Assembly (NCBI RefSeq): GCF_009914755.1
Contig: NC_060942.1
Reading direction: 5' to 3' (one strand)
DNA: 64,000 nt
From: the human T2T-CHM13v2.0 reference genome, Homo sapiens
Shown: positions 49,201 through 64,000 of the stretch, piece after piece
How the letters are laid out: the number at the start of each line of letters is the position of its first letter
Position numbering within the stretch: the stretch's first letter is position 1
The notes under the pieces: model-generated
The model's input: the letters and a program-made list of their open reading frames with translations, nothing else
Databases searched by the model: none
What the model was told of the DNA's origin: nothing
Program-made: the position numbers and the translations under genes

Positions 49201-50664
49201 TAAGAGACTGTACAGAATTTAGTACATAATTCTGGACGCTTTCAAACATTTATTTCCTTAAGTCAACCTCTGGGTGTGATCTCTTAATAAAACTCACAAG
49301 TCTCCCTGAAATGGTAGGTTAGAATAGAAATTATTTTAACTTCTGCTTCCTTATATAGATTAAAAACTTGTGCATAGTTGAATTCATTTTTACTCTCATA
49401 GATTCTAATTTAACAAAATTATTTATCCTGAAATTTCACTAATAAAGGGTGAAAACTGTGAAAGATTTTAAGCTTTCATGATGTTCATCACTCTTGAATA
49501 ACAGATGCTCATAAATTTCCAGTTTTATTTTAAAGTTATATTTCAAAGGTCTAAATCTCAAAGGAAGCCTATCTTATAATCTTATTAGGTAACTGGTAAA
49601 AATTTCCATGACATTCATATCACATCTTCAGAGCTGTGGCCCACATCTGGTTAGGCAGGGGGAAGGGAAACAAAAGAAGATAGACAGCTTTGGTGAAAAA
49701 AAGGTTTAGGGCCCCACTGGATCATCTCTTATATGAGACTACAAGAACTCCTGGGGTCTAGGTCACTTAGGGTGTTAGAGTCTACTGTGGGAAGACTTTG
49801 AGAACATCTCTCTAATTTTGAACTATGACAACTAAGTTTCCAAAAGGGAGAACCTGAGCCTTAGACCCCAAATGGCTTTACAAAATCATTTGAACTGTGA
49901 ATAATCTCATAGCATAATGGTGAATCCCTAGGTTTAGTCTAACTTCAATCAAGATTCTGTATTTGGGCCAAAATTCAAACTGTTTATGAGTGGTGTTTAT
50001 TCACTGTTTGTTCTAGTCATTGTTTGTTATAATGTACACATTTCTTACCCTCATAAAGATTTAAGTAAGGACAAAATTCAAAAGCAAGAAAAGAATTCTT
50101 CAAAGTTAATGGACAGAGTATATCCCTGTCTTCACTGAGTTCTAGAAAATGCTTTGGGATTTACCCCAAGTCAAGCTGCTGATTTTTTGTTTTGTTTTGG
50201 TAAGAAAATTTCAATCTTAAATAAAAATCTTTAAAAGTTTTGGGAAAATATTCTGAAGGTTCTCTGAATCAAATGAATATTTGAACTGTGAGATATGTAA
50301 GATTAAAAAAATACTATATTCAAAGAAGAATGGACAAATCAAAGCATAATTTAAAATCAATATAAGGAATGCAATAAAAATAAAAATCAATGAGACAAAA
50401 TTCTTCCACAATCAGAATTTTTTAACATTATAGTTAAATGGTATTTTAGCAACTTCAGAAAAGAGAAAGACAAAGACAGCAAGCAATATCATGAAATGGA
50501 TTTAAAAAACAGAAAACAGAAGATTACAGATCAAGTCAGATACAGTTCTCATAGAGAAGAAAATATTTATAATGTATCCCTCAAGATTTAGAAAACATTT
50601 TTTATTTCCAGAAGTTAAATACTAATAGAGAAAATATCAATATATCATTTAAAACTTGCTGCTA

Positions 50665-51221
<557 letters not shown>

Positions 51222-51362
51222 CTACATTTCCCCTAATCACAGTCAAGCCTCACATTTTTAATTAACATTACATTTCATTTTTTTAACTACGCCCATATTT
51301 TCTCAATTTATATTCAGCCCAGATAACTATAATAATATTAACTCAAAAATGAATTATTTTCT

Positions 51363-52446
<1,084 letters not shown>

Positions 52447-53774
52447 TAAAAGTATTACTCAAGATTTAGCACTCTTTGCTTAATTAGGCATTTATATCTT
52501 AGTTCAAAGACAACTTACTCCTCAGAAACTGATTTTTTCCTAACCCATTCCTTCTCCAAGTTTTCCCACCGTAAAGTATGCACTGACAGTTGCAGTATGC
52601 CCCTTGGAAAAGAGAAACAGGAATGACTTCACCATGCATGAGAGATGTATCGACTCTCCCCCGGGATAATAAAAGCAACTACCCAAGTGGAGGAAGGGCA
52701 GATGAAGTGGGTGGGGTGGCAAAACATAAACTCCTCCATCTCTATTCTGGGAAGGAAATGTGCATAACTTTCTAATCCCCCTAGTGCTCTAGAGGTTGAA
52801 GATAGACAAGTTGGGATGAAATCCCGGCTGAATCACTTACTAACTGTTTAAACTATAGGGCAAGTTCATTAACTGATCCAAGCAGAAATTTACCCACCTG
52901 TCAAATAGAGATAACATTAAAAAGTTGTGAGGATTAAATACAATTTCACCTATACAATGTTCCCTGAGCATAGTGCCTAGCACATAGTGCTTAGTAACTG
53001 TTAACTGTGGTTATTATTATTAGTCAACATCTTCTAAATTAAGTTACATGTAATGTCAATTTCACCTAAAGTCAAGTCACTGCAAGATTTAAGACTATGA
53101 AGTTACATTTTTTAATACCCTTAGATGAGTAGCTTCTGACTTTTTTTCCAGATGTGTAGCTCCAATCATAATAAACTGATACATATTTTAACTGGAAGGA
53201 ATAACATTTCAATATGTCTGATTTTAAAAGTCAGTTAATCTATTGGACATACGGTGGTTGTTAAGAAATAAAAAAATAAAAAGCAAATAATAAAAGTCAG
53301 TTCAAATGAGACCTCTTCTGTAAAACTGTACACATTTTCTGTCCTTGTTTTACTTTTGTCTAAATGATTGATAAGGTAATAAAGGGGAAATAAGAGTCTC
53401 TATTCTAAATGACATAAGTAGAACCAATTTCAAAATATACCATCCATTTGGAGATCATAGCATATTAAGCAAAAATGCTCATTAAAGCTAGACCATGGTG
53501 TATCTGTGCCTAAAAGAGACCTTTGGAGATACTGATGACTTACCTATGAGTTAACAATTTCATGTCTTACATCATTTTGTAGGTATCCTCTAGAACCTAG
53601 CTCTACCAATCCCAAGGAGGAAAGATCTTGTTTAAAATACATGCCCAGAGAAACTTTCATGTTTGGTGAACAATAGCAGTAAACTGATTCTGAATCTCCT
53701 CCTCACCATTCCAAAACAATAATCAAATCAATAAGGACAATAAATAAAATCATATAGGATACTCCAAATAGAGA

Positions 53775-53912
53775 AAGAAGCATATAAAACACTGCATAAT
53801 GTACAAGTGTGCTCTGCTACAACATAAGATTTGACAGAATCTTCTTGACAGAATCTTCAATTTGTTGTAGTAGAGCACACCTACACATTATGCAGTGTTT
53901 TATATGCTTCTT
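53775..53912. repeat. Inverted repeat, 50-bp arms, with a 14-bp direct duplication in the loop
   Basis: 53775-53824 versus reverse complement of 53863-53912, 4 mismatches; TTGACAGAATCTTC twice. Confidence 0.95.
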
Positions 53913-54257
53913 GAGAACAAGCCTACGAGTCATGTTAGTAAATGTGAATGAGCTCAACTCACCTTTTTAGTTAAAAGAAAAAAAATTGTCGAATTGGCAT
54001 ATAAAGCAAAACCTAACTCTACGCAGAATACAGGAACTAAACTTAAAACACAGTGATTCAAAAAGGCTAAAAATAAAGGCAAATGGAAACAGCATGAAAT
54101 CTAGAGTTGCAATCCTGATACCAAAGTATACTTTAGACCAAAAACAATCAATAAAGCAAAGAAGAACACTTTGTGATGTTAAAAGTAACATTCCACAATG
54201 ATAATGTAATAGTTATGAATATTTTGCTTCAAACAACATATATAAAACAAAAATTAT

Positions 54258-55230
54258 GACATCCTTCACAGAAATAGAAAAAATCCTAAAATTCATGTGG
54301 GCCCACAAAAGACTCTGAATAGCCAAAGCAATCTTAAGCTTTTAAAAAAAGAACAAAGCTGGAGGCATCATGAAGTCAGGCTGAAGGCATGATTTCAAAG
54401 TAAACTACAAAGCTATAGTAACCCAAACAGCATGGTACTGGCATAGAAACAGACACATAGATGAATGGAACAGAATAGAGAACCCAGAAATAAATCCACA
54501 TATTTATAGCCAACTCATTTAGACAAAGGCACCAAGAACATACATTGAGGAAAGGACTGTCTCTCCAATAAACGGTGCTAGGAAAATGGAATATCCATTT
54601 TCAAAACAATAAAACAAGACACTTATCTCTTACCACATAAAAAAGAAATCAACTCAAAATGGATTAAAGGCTTAAATGTAAGACCTGAAACCATAAAGTA
54701 CTAGAAGAAAACATTTGGAAAACACTTCAGGACAGTAGTCTGACAAAGATATTTTGGGTAAGACCTCAAAAGCACAGGCAACAAAAGCAAAAGTAGACAA
54801 AGGGGATTATATCAAGCTAAAAAGCTTCTGCATAGCAAAGGAAACCATCAACGGAGTGAAGAGACAACCTACAGAATGGGAGAAAATATTTGCAAACTAC
54901 CCATCTGACAAGGAATTAATAACCAAAATATATAAAAAGTACAAACAATTCAACAGCAAAAAACCTATTAATCCAACTAAAAAATGGGCAAATGATCTGA
55001 GTAGACATTTCTCAAAAGAAGACATTCAAATGGCCAACAGGTATATGAAAAAATATTCACTATCACTAATCTTCAAAGAAATGCAAATCAAAACCACAAT
55101 GAGATATCATCTCACCCCAGTTAGAATTGCTATTATCAAAAAGATAAAAAATAGCAGATGCTGGCAATGATGTGGAGAAGGGGGAACCTTTGTACATTGT
55201 TGGTGGGAATGTAAGTTAGTACAGCCATTC
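54258..55230 (+). mobile_element. L1MA-like ORF2 3' fragment (older L1 relic upstream at about 53920-54250)
   Basis: ORF 54754..55170 [11 protein letters not shown]...[16 protein letters not shown]. Confidence 0.85.
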
Positions 55231-55912
55231 ATGAGGGGTGGGCCCCCATGACCCAAACAACAAAAATCATCAAAAGATGTAAAAGTTAAAGCATATGTCA
55301 AATTATTCACAGGCATTACAAAGTGTCTTTTCTGAACAAAAAACTTGAGCTCAAAACTTGCTCTTGTCTTCCAACTGGAAGGGAAAACCTAAGTCCTTAA
55401 ATTACATGTTTGCTTCACACATATATTCCAACATTCCTAATTAAGAGGACTACATAGAAAAATATGCTTTCAAATGTCTAACTAGCTTTAAAAAATATGT
55501 AAGGTATACTAGTCGATGTTATTTTCAGGAAGGGAAACAGATAAAATTTAAACATTTCCCAGTCCCTGTGTAAGAACAGAGAATTTATGAATTGGCATGA
55601 AAATGAGGCATAAGATCCTCTTCACCCTTATCTCTTTTGGAATCACTTAGTCAAATCTTATGAGATGTTAATAAATACATAGCTTTATTATCAGCTCATA
55701 AATATTCTATCAAATTATCTTATTAACACATGCATGAACATAAAAATTCTCTTTGTTAAATTCCAGCAAGAGATAGAAATAATAGCCAGTTATTATTATT
55801 TTCCTGCAATAAAATTATTTCTTTCAATAACAATGATACAGACATAAACAGATCATTTTAAAATAACTAAGTTGATGTCAAATTACCTCACCTGGTTTGA
55901 GTGGCCTCTTAC

Positions 55913-56021
55913 CTAATGTTGCCCAGCTAATAATTTGATTCATGAGAGGCAGTCCTTGCTTCCTGAGTAGACTACTCTGGGTGCTATACACAACATACAT
56001 GGAGAGCACTGTGCTCAGCAC
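55913..56021 (-). CDS. PIGN: PIGN exon 22 (109 nt)
   Basis: tag|GTG... [37 protein letters not shown]|gtaaga. Confidence 0.96.
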
Positions 56022-56770
56022 CTAAAGACAAAGATGAAATAGGTTAAAAAAAGAGAAGGTAGTGAAAGACTCTAACTAGCAAGAATGTAAGACATTCTTA
56101 TTTCTGAGACATTAAAATGTGGAAAAAATGTGTATCTTGGAATCAATGAAATACAGTGGACAGTACAGGAACTGATGCAAGTTAATAAACCTAATGCAAA
56201 AATGAATTTTGTAACAGAGTTACCTAATACTCAGGGGTATGTCTAACAAAGCACGTAAGAATGTTAGCATGATATTCTTGGCTACCCTAGAGAGAGATTC
56301 AGAAACATTCACTTCTGTCAAAGTACTTATTATTCTGGATACATTCTGTCAAAGCTACTATGGCTTAAGTGTAAAGCCAGTCAGAGTACCATTTAAAAGG
56401 AAACATATGTTCCAATGGCTTGACAGGATTTTTGACAAAAAATTCTTCTCTTTTTATAAGTTCCCTGTTGCTCTCCAAAAATGAATTTAACTTGTGATGT
56501 AATCTTTCAAATGTTGTATATTTTTATTTCAGAGTGTTCTTGGAAATACCATCTACTATCCAAGCTCTATTCTTGAGGAAATTTTTTGAGAACACTCATA
56601 TGAGTTTTGCTTTTTGTGTGTGGTCTAGACGTGGTTATTTATTTATTTATTCAGTTAAAAAGAAAAACAGATGTTTTCCATCGTTATCTATGGAAAAAGT
56701 TGTCATTTTATAGACTATCACATGATATGATCTCTGTCACAACCCTATCAGATATTATCTCTACAGATTA

Positions 56771-57093
<323 letters not shown>

Positions 57094-57526
57094 CCACACA
57101 AACTGAAATCAAATTACTAAAAAGTACCCATCTAGTATGCAGCGTAACTGGGAACTGACTCAATTTTGAAACATCAAGTTCAAAGTTATTTTCACCACAC
57201 CAAAGCCACCAACCATGCTGAAGTTTATTTTCACCTGGGACATTAACTGAAGTCTTAAACTGGCTATTCTTAATATAAACATACCCCAGGCTGCTTTCAC
57301 TTCAAGGAAGTGACCTTCCCTGACCCAAATGAGGACAATGTAGAATCTCAGTCCAGATGAAGCCCTTTTCAGTTCAACTTTTTGGTCAATACAGTTTCCA
57401 TAACCTCTGCTCTTCAGGCATCACTGGGCTGCCTCTTATGGACCTTTTGCTATTTCATACCTCTTAAAGAACACATTTCCATGTAGCATCTTAAATGAAA
57501 GCTTTCTTCTCAGCTGGCAGATACTA

Positions 57527-57781
<255 letters not shown>

Positions 57782-60373
57782 TTACGAACACATATCAGAT
57801 GGAAATATGAGACATCTTACTCTAATACAGAACCTCTCAGTCATTTGGCTTAATCAAGAGGAAGTAGCAAAATGGGTACATTTTCAGATTTTTAAGAAAA
57901 CTTTTAAGTTTTAAGATTTTAAGAAAACTTTTAATCTTAGGATAAAGATACTGCTGGATGGGGTTATTTGTAACCTCTCCCCACAATTTTCTAAGTATCT
58001 CTACCTTGCTTCTATAATTTAATTTAAAAAAATTTTAGGCATATCAAATACTATAATATTTAGCCTGAATTGGGCAAATTTACAAAAATTTACAATATAA
58101 AAGATAGCTAAACAAGTATATTATCAGTATCTACAACATGTATTTTGTGATTATGAAACTTACTCATGCAAAAAGTATCTACATATATAACCCACATTAT
58201 TTCTAGCAGGAAAAACAGCTCCCTTCTGTGACAGACCTTGGTATTTTCCTCAGCTGCTCCTGGCTGAGGGAAGGGGTAGGCAGTGGTCACATGGGTGGCA
58301 TGCAGGTGAGGCATTTGTACAGTAATGAAATAACAGTAAGGAAACACACCAGGTATAGTATGTTTCCTAAAGTCAAAGGTGACTGATACCAAGGAAATGG
58401 TGCCCTTTTGTTGAGCTCTTTCTCACCTCCTTAACATCTGAATAACATAGCACAGCCAGAATTATGCTGAGGATGAAATCCAGAACCCAAATAGAACTAA
58501 GAGAAAAGGAATTGGTTGAAGAGAAAAAAGAAAGAGCAAAAAGCAGAGCTGGACACCTAAGAAGAATGCAAAGCAGGAATCCCCAGAAAAATGCTTGATG
58601 GTTGGTTGTGATGCTTCAAATACACTCTTTGAGAATCCTAAGGAGAAAGGTAATCATATATTCAACATGGATTATCATTAAAATTTAGGAAAAAATAGTC
58701 ACATATGATCAAGATTCTTTGCTTTTTTTCTCTTTCTTAATTTTTAAAATAATTTGGTATCTAAACTTATTGGCAAATATGTTTTTACTTTAGAACACTG
58801 GAGTAACAGACATCACAACCATGTTGTACACGTTTGCTTTTTCCTTTAATTGTATCCTTAAATGTTTCACAAAATCACATCTTTGTGATTTTCTGAAGAA
58901 GGGAGATGCTGTGACAGATGAAAAGGAGAGTAGAAATTTCCCCATGAACCAGGAATCAAAATAAATAAGTTGCAAATATAGCTAGTAGGATAAACTTAAA
59001 GTCACTGAGCAATTTAAATTTAGAGGGAAACAATATAATTTTCTAAAATATAAATTAGATTTCTCATATTTTAACAAGTTTATTTGCTTCCCACATTCAT
59101 CTTTAGTAGAATACGCAAGTGGCAAATTTATACAATTTCCTTCCCTTTTAGCATATGATAAATTCTGCTCAACTATGGCAATACTGCTTGAGCAGGACTG
59201 ATAGGCAGAGACTGACAAAGGGAAGGAAAGGGGCTTTATAGAAACAATACAAGAGCTTACAGAGCTATCTGAAGCAAGAAATAAATGAAAATATTGGAAT
59301 TCATTTTGTCATATACTATTTATAGGTTATGACAGTTGCAAAATGTTTTTACCTAGTAACACTCTAATAAAGTATGGCTTAGATAGTATGGTGTTAGAAT
59401 TCAATACAATTATTTTGAGCTCTGCTAATAAAGTGACTTCCTGGGATATTTCCTGGTCTATTGCATATTGGTATTCTCATACAAATAGGAGAAAATGTAT
59501 AGAATCTCATAAATCAGCACATATTTTTACAAAATAGTATTTAGTTAATCTTCCTTGATTTAAAAATATATACCATTATCCATTACAGACTTGGTTAGAA
59601 TGTTTTAAAAAATGCTTATAGCATTCTGAAGAAAGTAACAAAGATGATTTAATTTCTAATTCCCATGATTAGACAATAAGAGAGGAAATGTTAAATGAAA
59701 TAATGATCATACGCACACTCAAACAGCCCATAATTTACTTGACAATAAAGTGCAGTTAAAAGCAAAGGTAACCAGTTATTTTATAAATTTATTTAGGTCT
59801 ATTGAAGAGAAATAAATATAGCAGCACAGTAAGGAATTTAGGTAAGATATGCAGAAGAATTTTCAAACAATTTGAGTGGTTAAACATGGGAAAGCTGGCA
59901 AGGTGAATAGAGTTTCCTCCCATGGAGATCTTTACATTCAATTTAGAATAGCAGAAAATTTAATTTTTACATGACATTTTAGTGTGGACATGATTAAAGC
60001 AAAGAGGGCTAACACAGTAGCTTTGAGACATTTTTGTTTTGGCAACAGAATGTTTTTTCACATGAAACTAAAACTTTTACTGATTCCTCCAAGCATAAAA
60101 GAAAGAAAACCTTCTAGACTTAAACAAAAAAAAATGGGCGGGATTTTAAGTTATCAGTGGCACAATTTCATTATGAAAGCCCGAAAGCATCTACTAGGAG
60201 GTTTAATGACTCTTAGAACCTAGGCCAAAATCATGACTAATGGTTTGATATTGGTATTTTAAATTCCCGTTAGTTCACATGATTTTATATTCTTGACCAA
60301 GATTAGGTTCAAATTTTACAGTGTTAATTGAGGAAAAAAAAGTGTATTGAAAATAGAATAAAATACAATATTA

Positions 60374-60472
<99 letters not shown>

Positions 60473-60629
60473 CTAAAATCAAGAAAAAAGTTATCTTTAG
60501 ACAAATATGGTATAGAAAACTATCATTAGTATTTCACAGACTATATGACTGTGAAGGTAAAAGGAAAATGCAAAGCCTTACAGCTGTTTATTATTTTATT
60601 TTTCAAATACTTTCTAGCAGAATCAACAG

Positions 60630-60860
60630 CTAACTACTTTAAAAAGTAATAGTTACTATTTGTGAAGGACCTGTTGCATAGCAGGTATAGTATTAGGTAT
60701 AATATGAGCACTTTCTCATTTAATTCTCACAATAACCTCAAGAGGCAGGTATTATCATTCCCAATACATCAGATGATGAAACAGAGCTCAGAGAAGTTAA
60801 AATATAAGTAGTACCAGGTCCATGACAAGTAAATAAAATAGCCAGTATTTAAACCTGCAT
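60630..60860 (-). mobile_element. MIR relic
   Basis: CTCATTTAATTCTCACAATAACC...GAAACAGAGCTCAGAGAAGTTAA. Confidence 0.7.
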
Positions 60861-61624
60861 AAAGTGCTTCATTCAATTTAGGTTAGACCATATATTGATG
60901 AAGACATCTATAAAAAAGGTGGCCTACAATAATCACCAAACAACTGAGCCCAGAAGGAAAATAAGTAAAACTACTTTTGTAATTAGATTAAGATCCCTCA
61001 CAAATTAAAAGATCGATAATCCCATTCATTGAAGATTTTTTAATAAATTCTCAGAGTAGAAAGAAGATATCTTCCTGCTACTTCTATCAAAAAGTATCAA
61101 AGTGGAAATATAAGAGCATTCTTTGTAGAAGCACATTGTAATTCCCTATGTAGCTGAAGGAAGAAAATCAAGACTGACTATATTTTTAATAATCTATAAT
61201 AAATACATACTTATCCAGAAAAAAAAAAAAACTGAGTGGCTCAGGGTAACGAGGGAGGTGTTTCCTGTGACTCACAGAGTGCAGACCCCTAAGCCACTGG
61301 GCTGTGCTGCTCTGGACGACTCCTTGCCTGGTCCATTATCAAGATATTTGAAGCTAAACAAATCCAGGAAATGCTTCAGAGATGGACATATCAGTACAAC
61401 TTATATAGCATTTCAATTACCACATAACTGGCCCATTTTGATGTGAAAGTCTAAGTGAATTACTGAAACCTTAAAGGTAATGTCAGTCCTCCTATCAATA
61501 TGACTAGGCTCTTTTATGTAAGAACACATTCTACCCTTTTCTTTAAAAATAAACAGTTCCTTGAGTTACACATGTGTCAAAACAAAGTAGTTACTAATCT
61601 GTCCTATGTCAAAATGAGTACTCA

Positions 61625-61720
<96 letters not shown>

Positions 61721-61824
61721 CTAGTAATGCATTCCAAAGAAGGAATGAAAAATAAGGTCATTTAATACTAGTTACAAATATATAAAAGAAACTTGCAAAT
61801 GTTGTAATCTGGTAAGTTACTTAC

Positions 61825-61924
61825 TAATACTTCAATTCCCAGGGTAAAGGCTAACAGGTACCCAACAAAATGGCTCAGAGGATAGGTCAACACTGATACA
61901 ACAAGGTCCTGAATAACTTGAAAT
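61825..61924 (-). CDS. PIGN: PIGN exon 18 (100 nt)
   Basis: cag|A TTT CAA... [33 protein letters not shown] ...TTA|gtaagt. Confidence 0.96.
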
Positions 61925-62114
61925 CTGTTTCAAATAAAAAGACTGATTGAATTTTAAAGTTAGGTCATACATAGTATAACAATACAAACTTTGCACAAAG
62001 CTAAAACACTAGAGAATTTTCCATTTATAGATTATTCAAAAACTAAAATAAGCTCTAACGGATTTGTTTCAAGGGCTTTATTTACCTATTTTTTTTTAAT
62101 CTAGAAGTATTTTA

Positions 62115-62446
<332 letters not shown>

Positions 62447-63436
62447 GAAAATGATCACAAAAGTTTGCTTGGTTTTTATAAGCATTAATGACAATAAATG
62501 AATCTTGTTTGATCTTAGTTTAAACACGGATTCATACAATTACAGATACAACATCAATATAAAACACAATGAATCCAAATGCATATAAACTGAAAAATTT
62601 TTTAAAATTCACCCAAGTAATCCTATATTTAAATCTTAATGAAATAAAGGTAGGGTTTCCTAATCTAGTTAGAGAAAAATCTTAATTACATTTTCTAACT
62701 GAGCTAAATAACCTTTTCCAAACCCAATTTAAGATGTCACTAATTGTACACTAACGGTAATCAAGTGAACTCATAACCATCAAAAATGTATTACATACTT
62801 GAGTACTTTTTACATTTCATCACTAGGAAAAAAAGTTAACATTTGTAGTGCATTATTAAGTAGGTAATTTTAGAAGGTCAGTATCATTTGGTTTATGACC
62901 TTTCTCTGACTGAAAGCAACAGCTGCAGAATTTCATCAAAATGAGGAAGGTGCCATGTAGGAAAGAAAAGCTAACACCAGTCAAAAGGGGAATGTTTCTT
63001 TTATTCTTAACAATGAATAAGCACAGAGGATCAACAGATGATTTTGTAAAATCATTTAGAAGACTGTGAATTTTTATGTCTTTTTCCTATACAATCTATC
63101 AAAAAGATAAAGATAGGACACAACATACTTTCAAAATCATGTTTTCCCTTAAAATTTAAATATATATGTTTTCTTCATAATTAGGACATTTAATAATTCA
63201 GGAGGGGTTCTGTACTAGATACAATTTTCTGCAAAGACAAAACCTTTTGTTCTAAAAGTTTAAAAACCAGACTAAATGACATTTTTAAAAATCTGAGTTA
63301 AATATGCGTATGCAACAACCCTATTCCTTTCAAATGGAGAGGTAACAATATGTTATTTGATCAGTGTCTTTTTGCCTTATAGTTAATATTTTAAGCATTT
63401 TAATATTAATATTAATTTTTGATATTTTTAAGTTAA

Positions 63437-63727
<291 letters not shown>

Positions 63728-64000
63728 AACTCTGAAATATTTTTAATACATCATGTTTTAAAAGAAGGAAGAAGCAGTCAAAGCTAAAGTTAAGAAAAAT
63801 TAGAATAAAATTATGCATAGTGTCACGATGCACATGTTAAGCCAACCTTGGGGATACCCTTATTATAACAGGCTCTCATTCTTTCATTGACTTTAGGGGT
63901 CTGGTTTGCTCAGAAAATACTTTGATATCCATGACTAAGTTTAAATTATAGATTACTGGTGTAAAAATAGAAACCAATAAGATCTGCAACATGACTCCAG

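Noticed and set aside
57886-57934. Short AT-rich direct duplication (AGATTTTAAGAAAACTTTTAA twice)
   Set aside because: Ordinary slippage product with no functional signal.

Overview
Human genomic DNA (species inferred from an L1HS-Ta and an AluYb8 insertion) containing the 3' part of PIGN (GPI ethanolamine-phosphate transferase 1, Mcd4 orthologue) on the minus strand. Fourteen coding exons, numbered 18-31 from my recall of the 31-exon reference transcript, splice with canonical ends and consistent phases into 1222 nt of open CDS ending ...[14 protein letters not shown]. Part of the 3' UTR occupies 1-800. The rest is intron, dense in L1, Alu, L2/MIR, DNA-transposon and LTR relics, which explain nearly all other ORFs in the track. 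I found no new gene or prokaryote-style system. The most notable items are: a U12 minor intron; a possible recursive-splice exon; an in-frame alternative terminal acceptor in the 3' UTR; an in-frame alternative donor; a twin-primed L1HS-Ta; a truncated AluYb8; an Alu with an inverted (poly-T) tail; two fold-back inverted duplications; and a 28-bp hairpin-unit VNTR. Repeat subfamily names come from remembered consensus sequences, and repeat boundaries are approximate unless target-site duplications (TSDs) are given.
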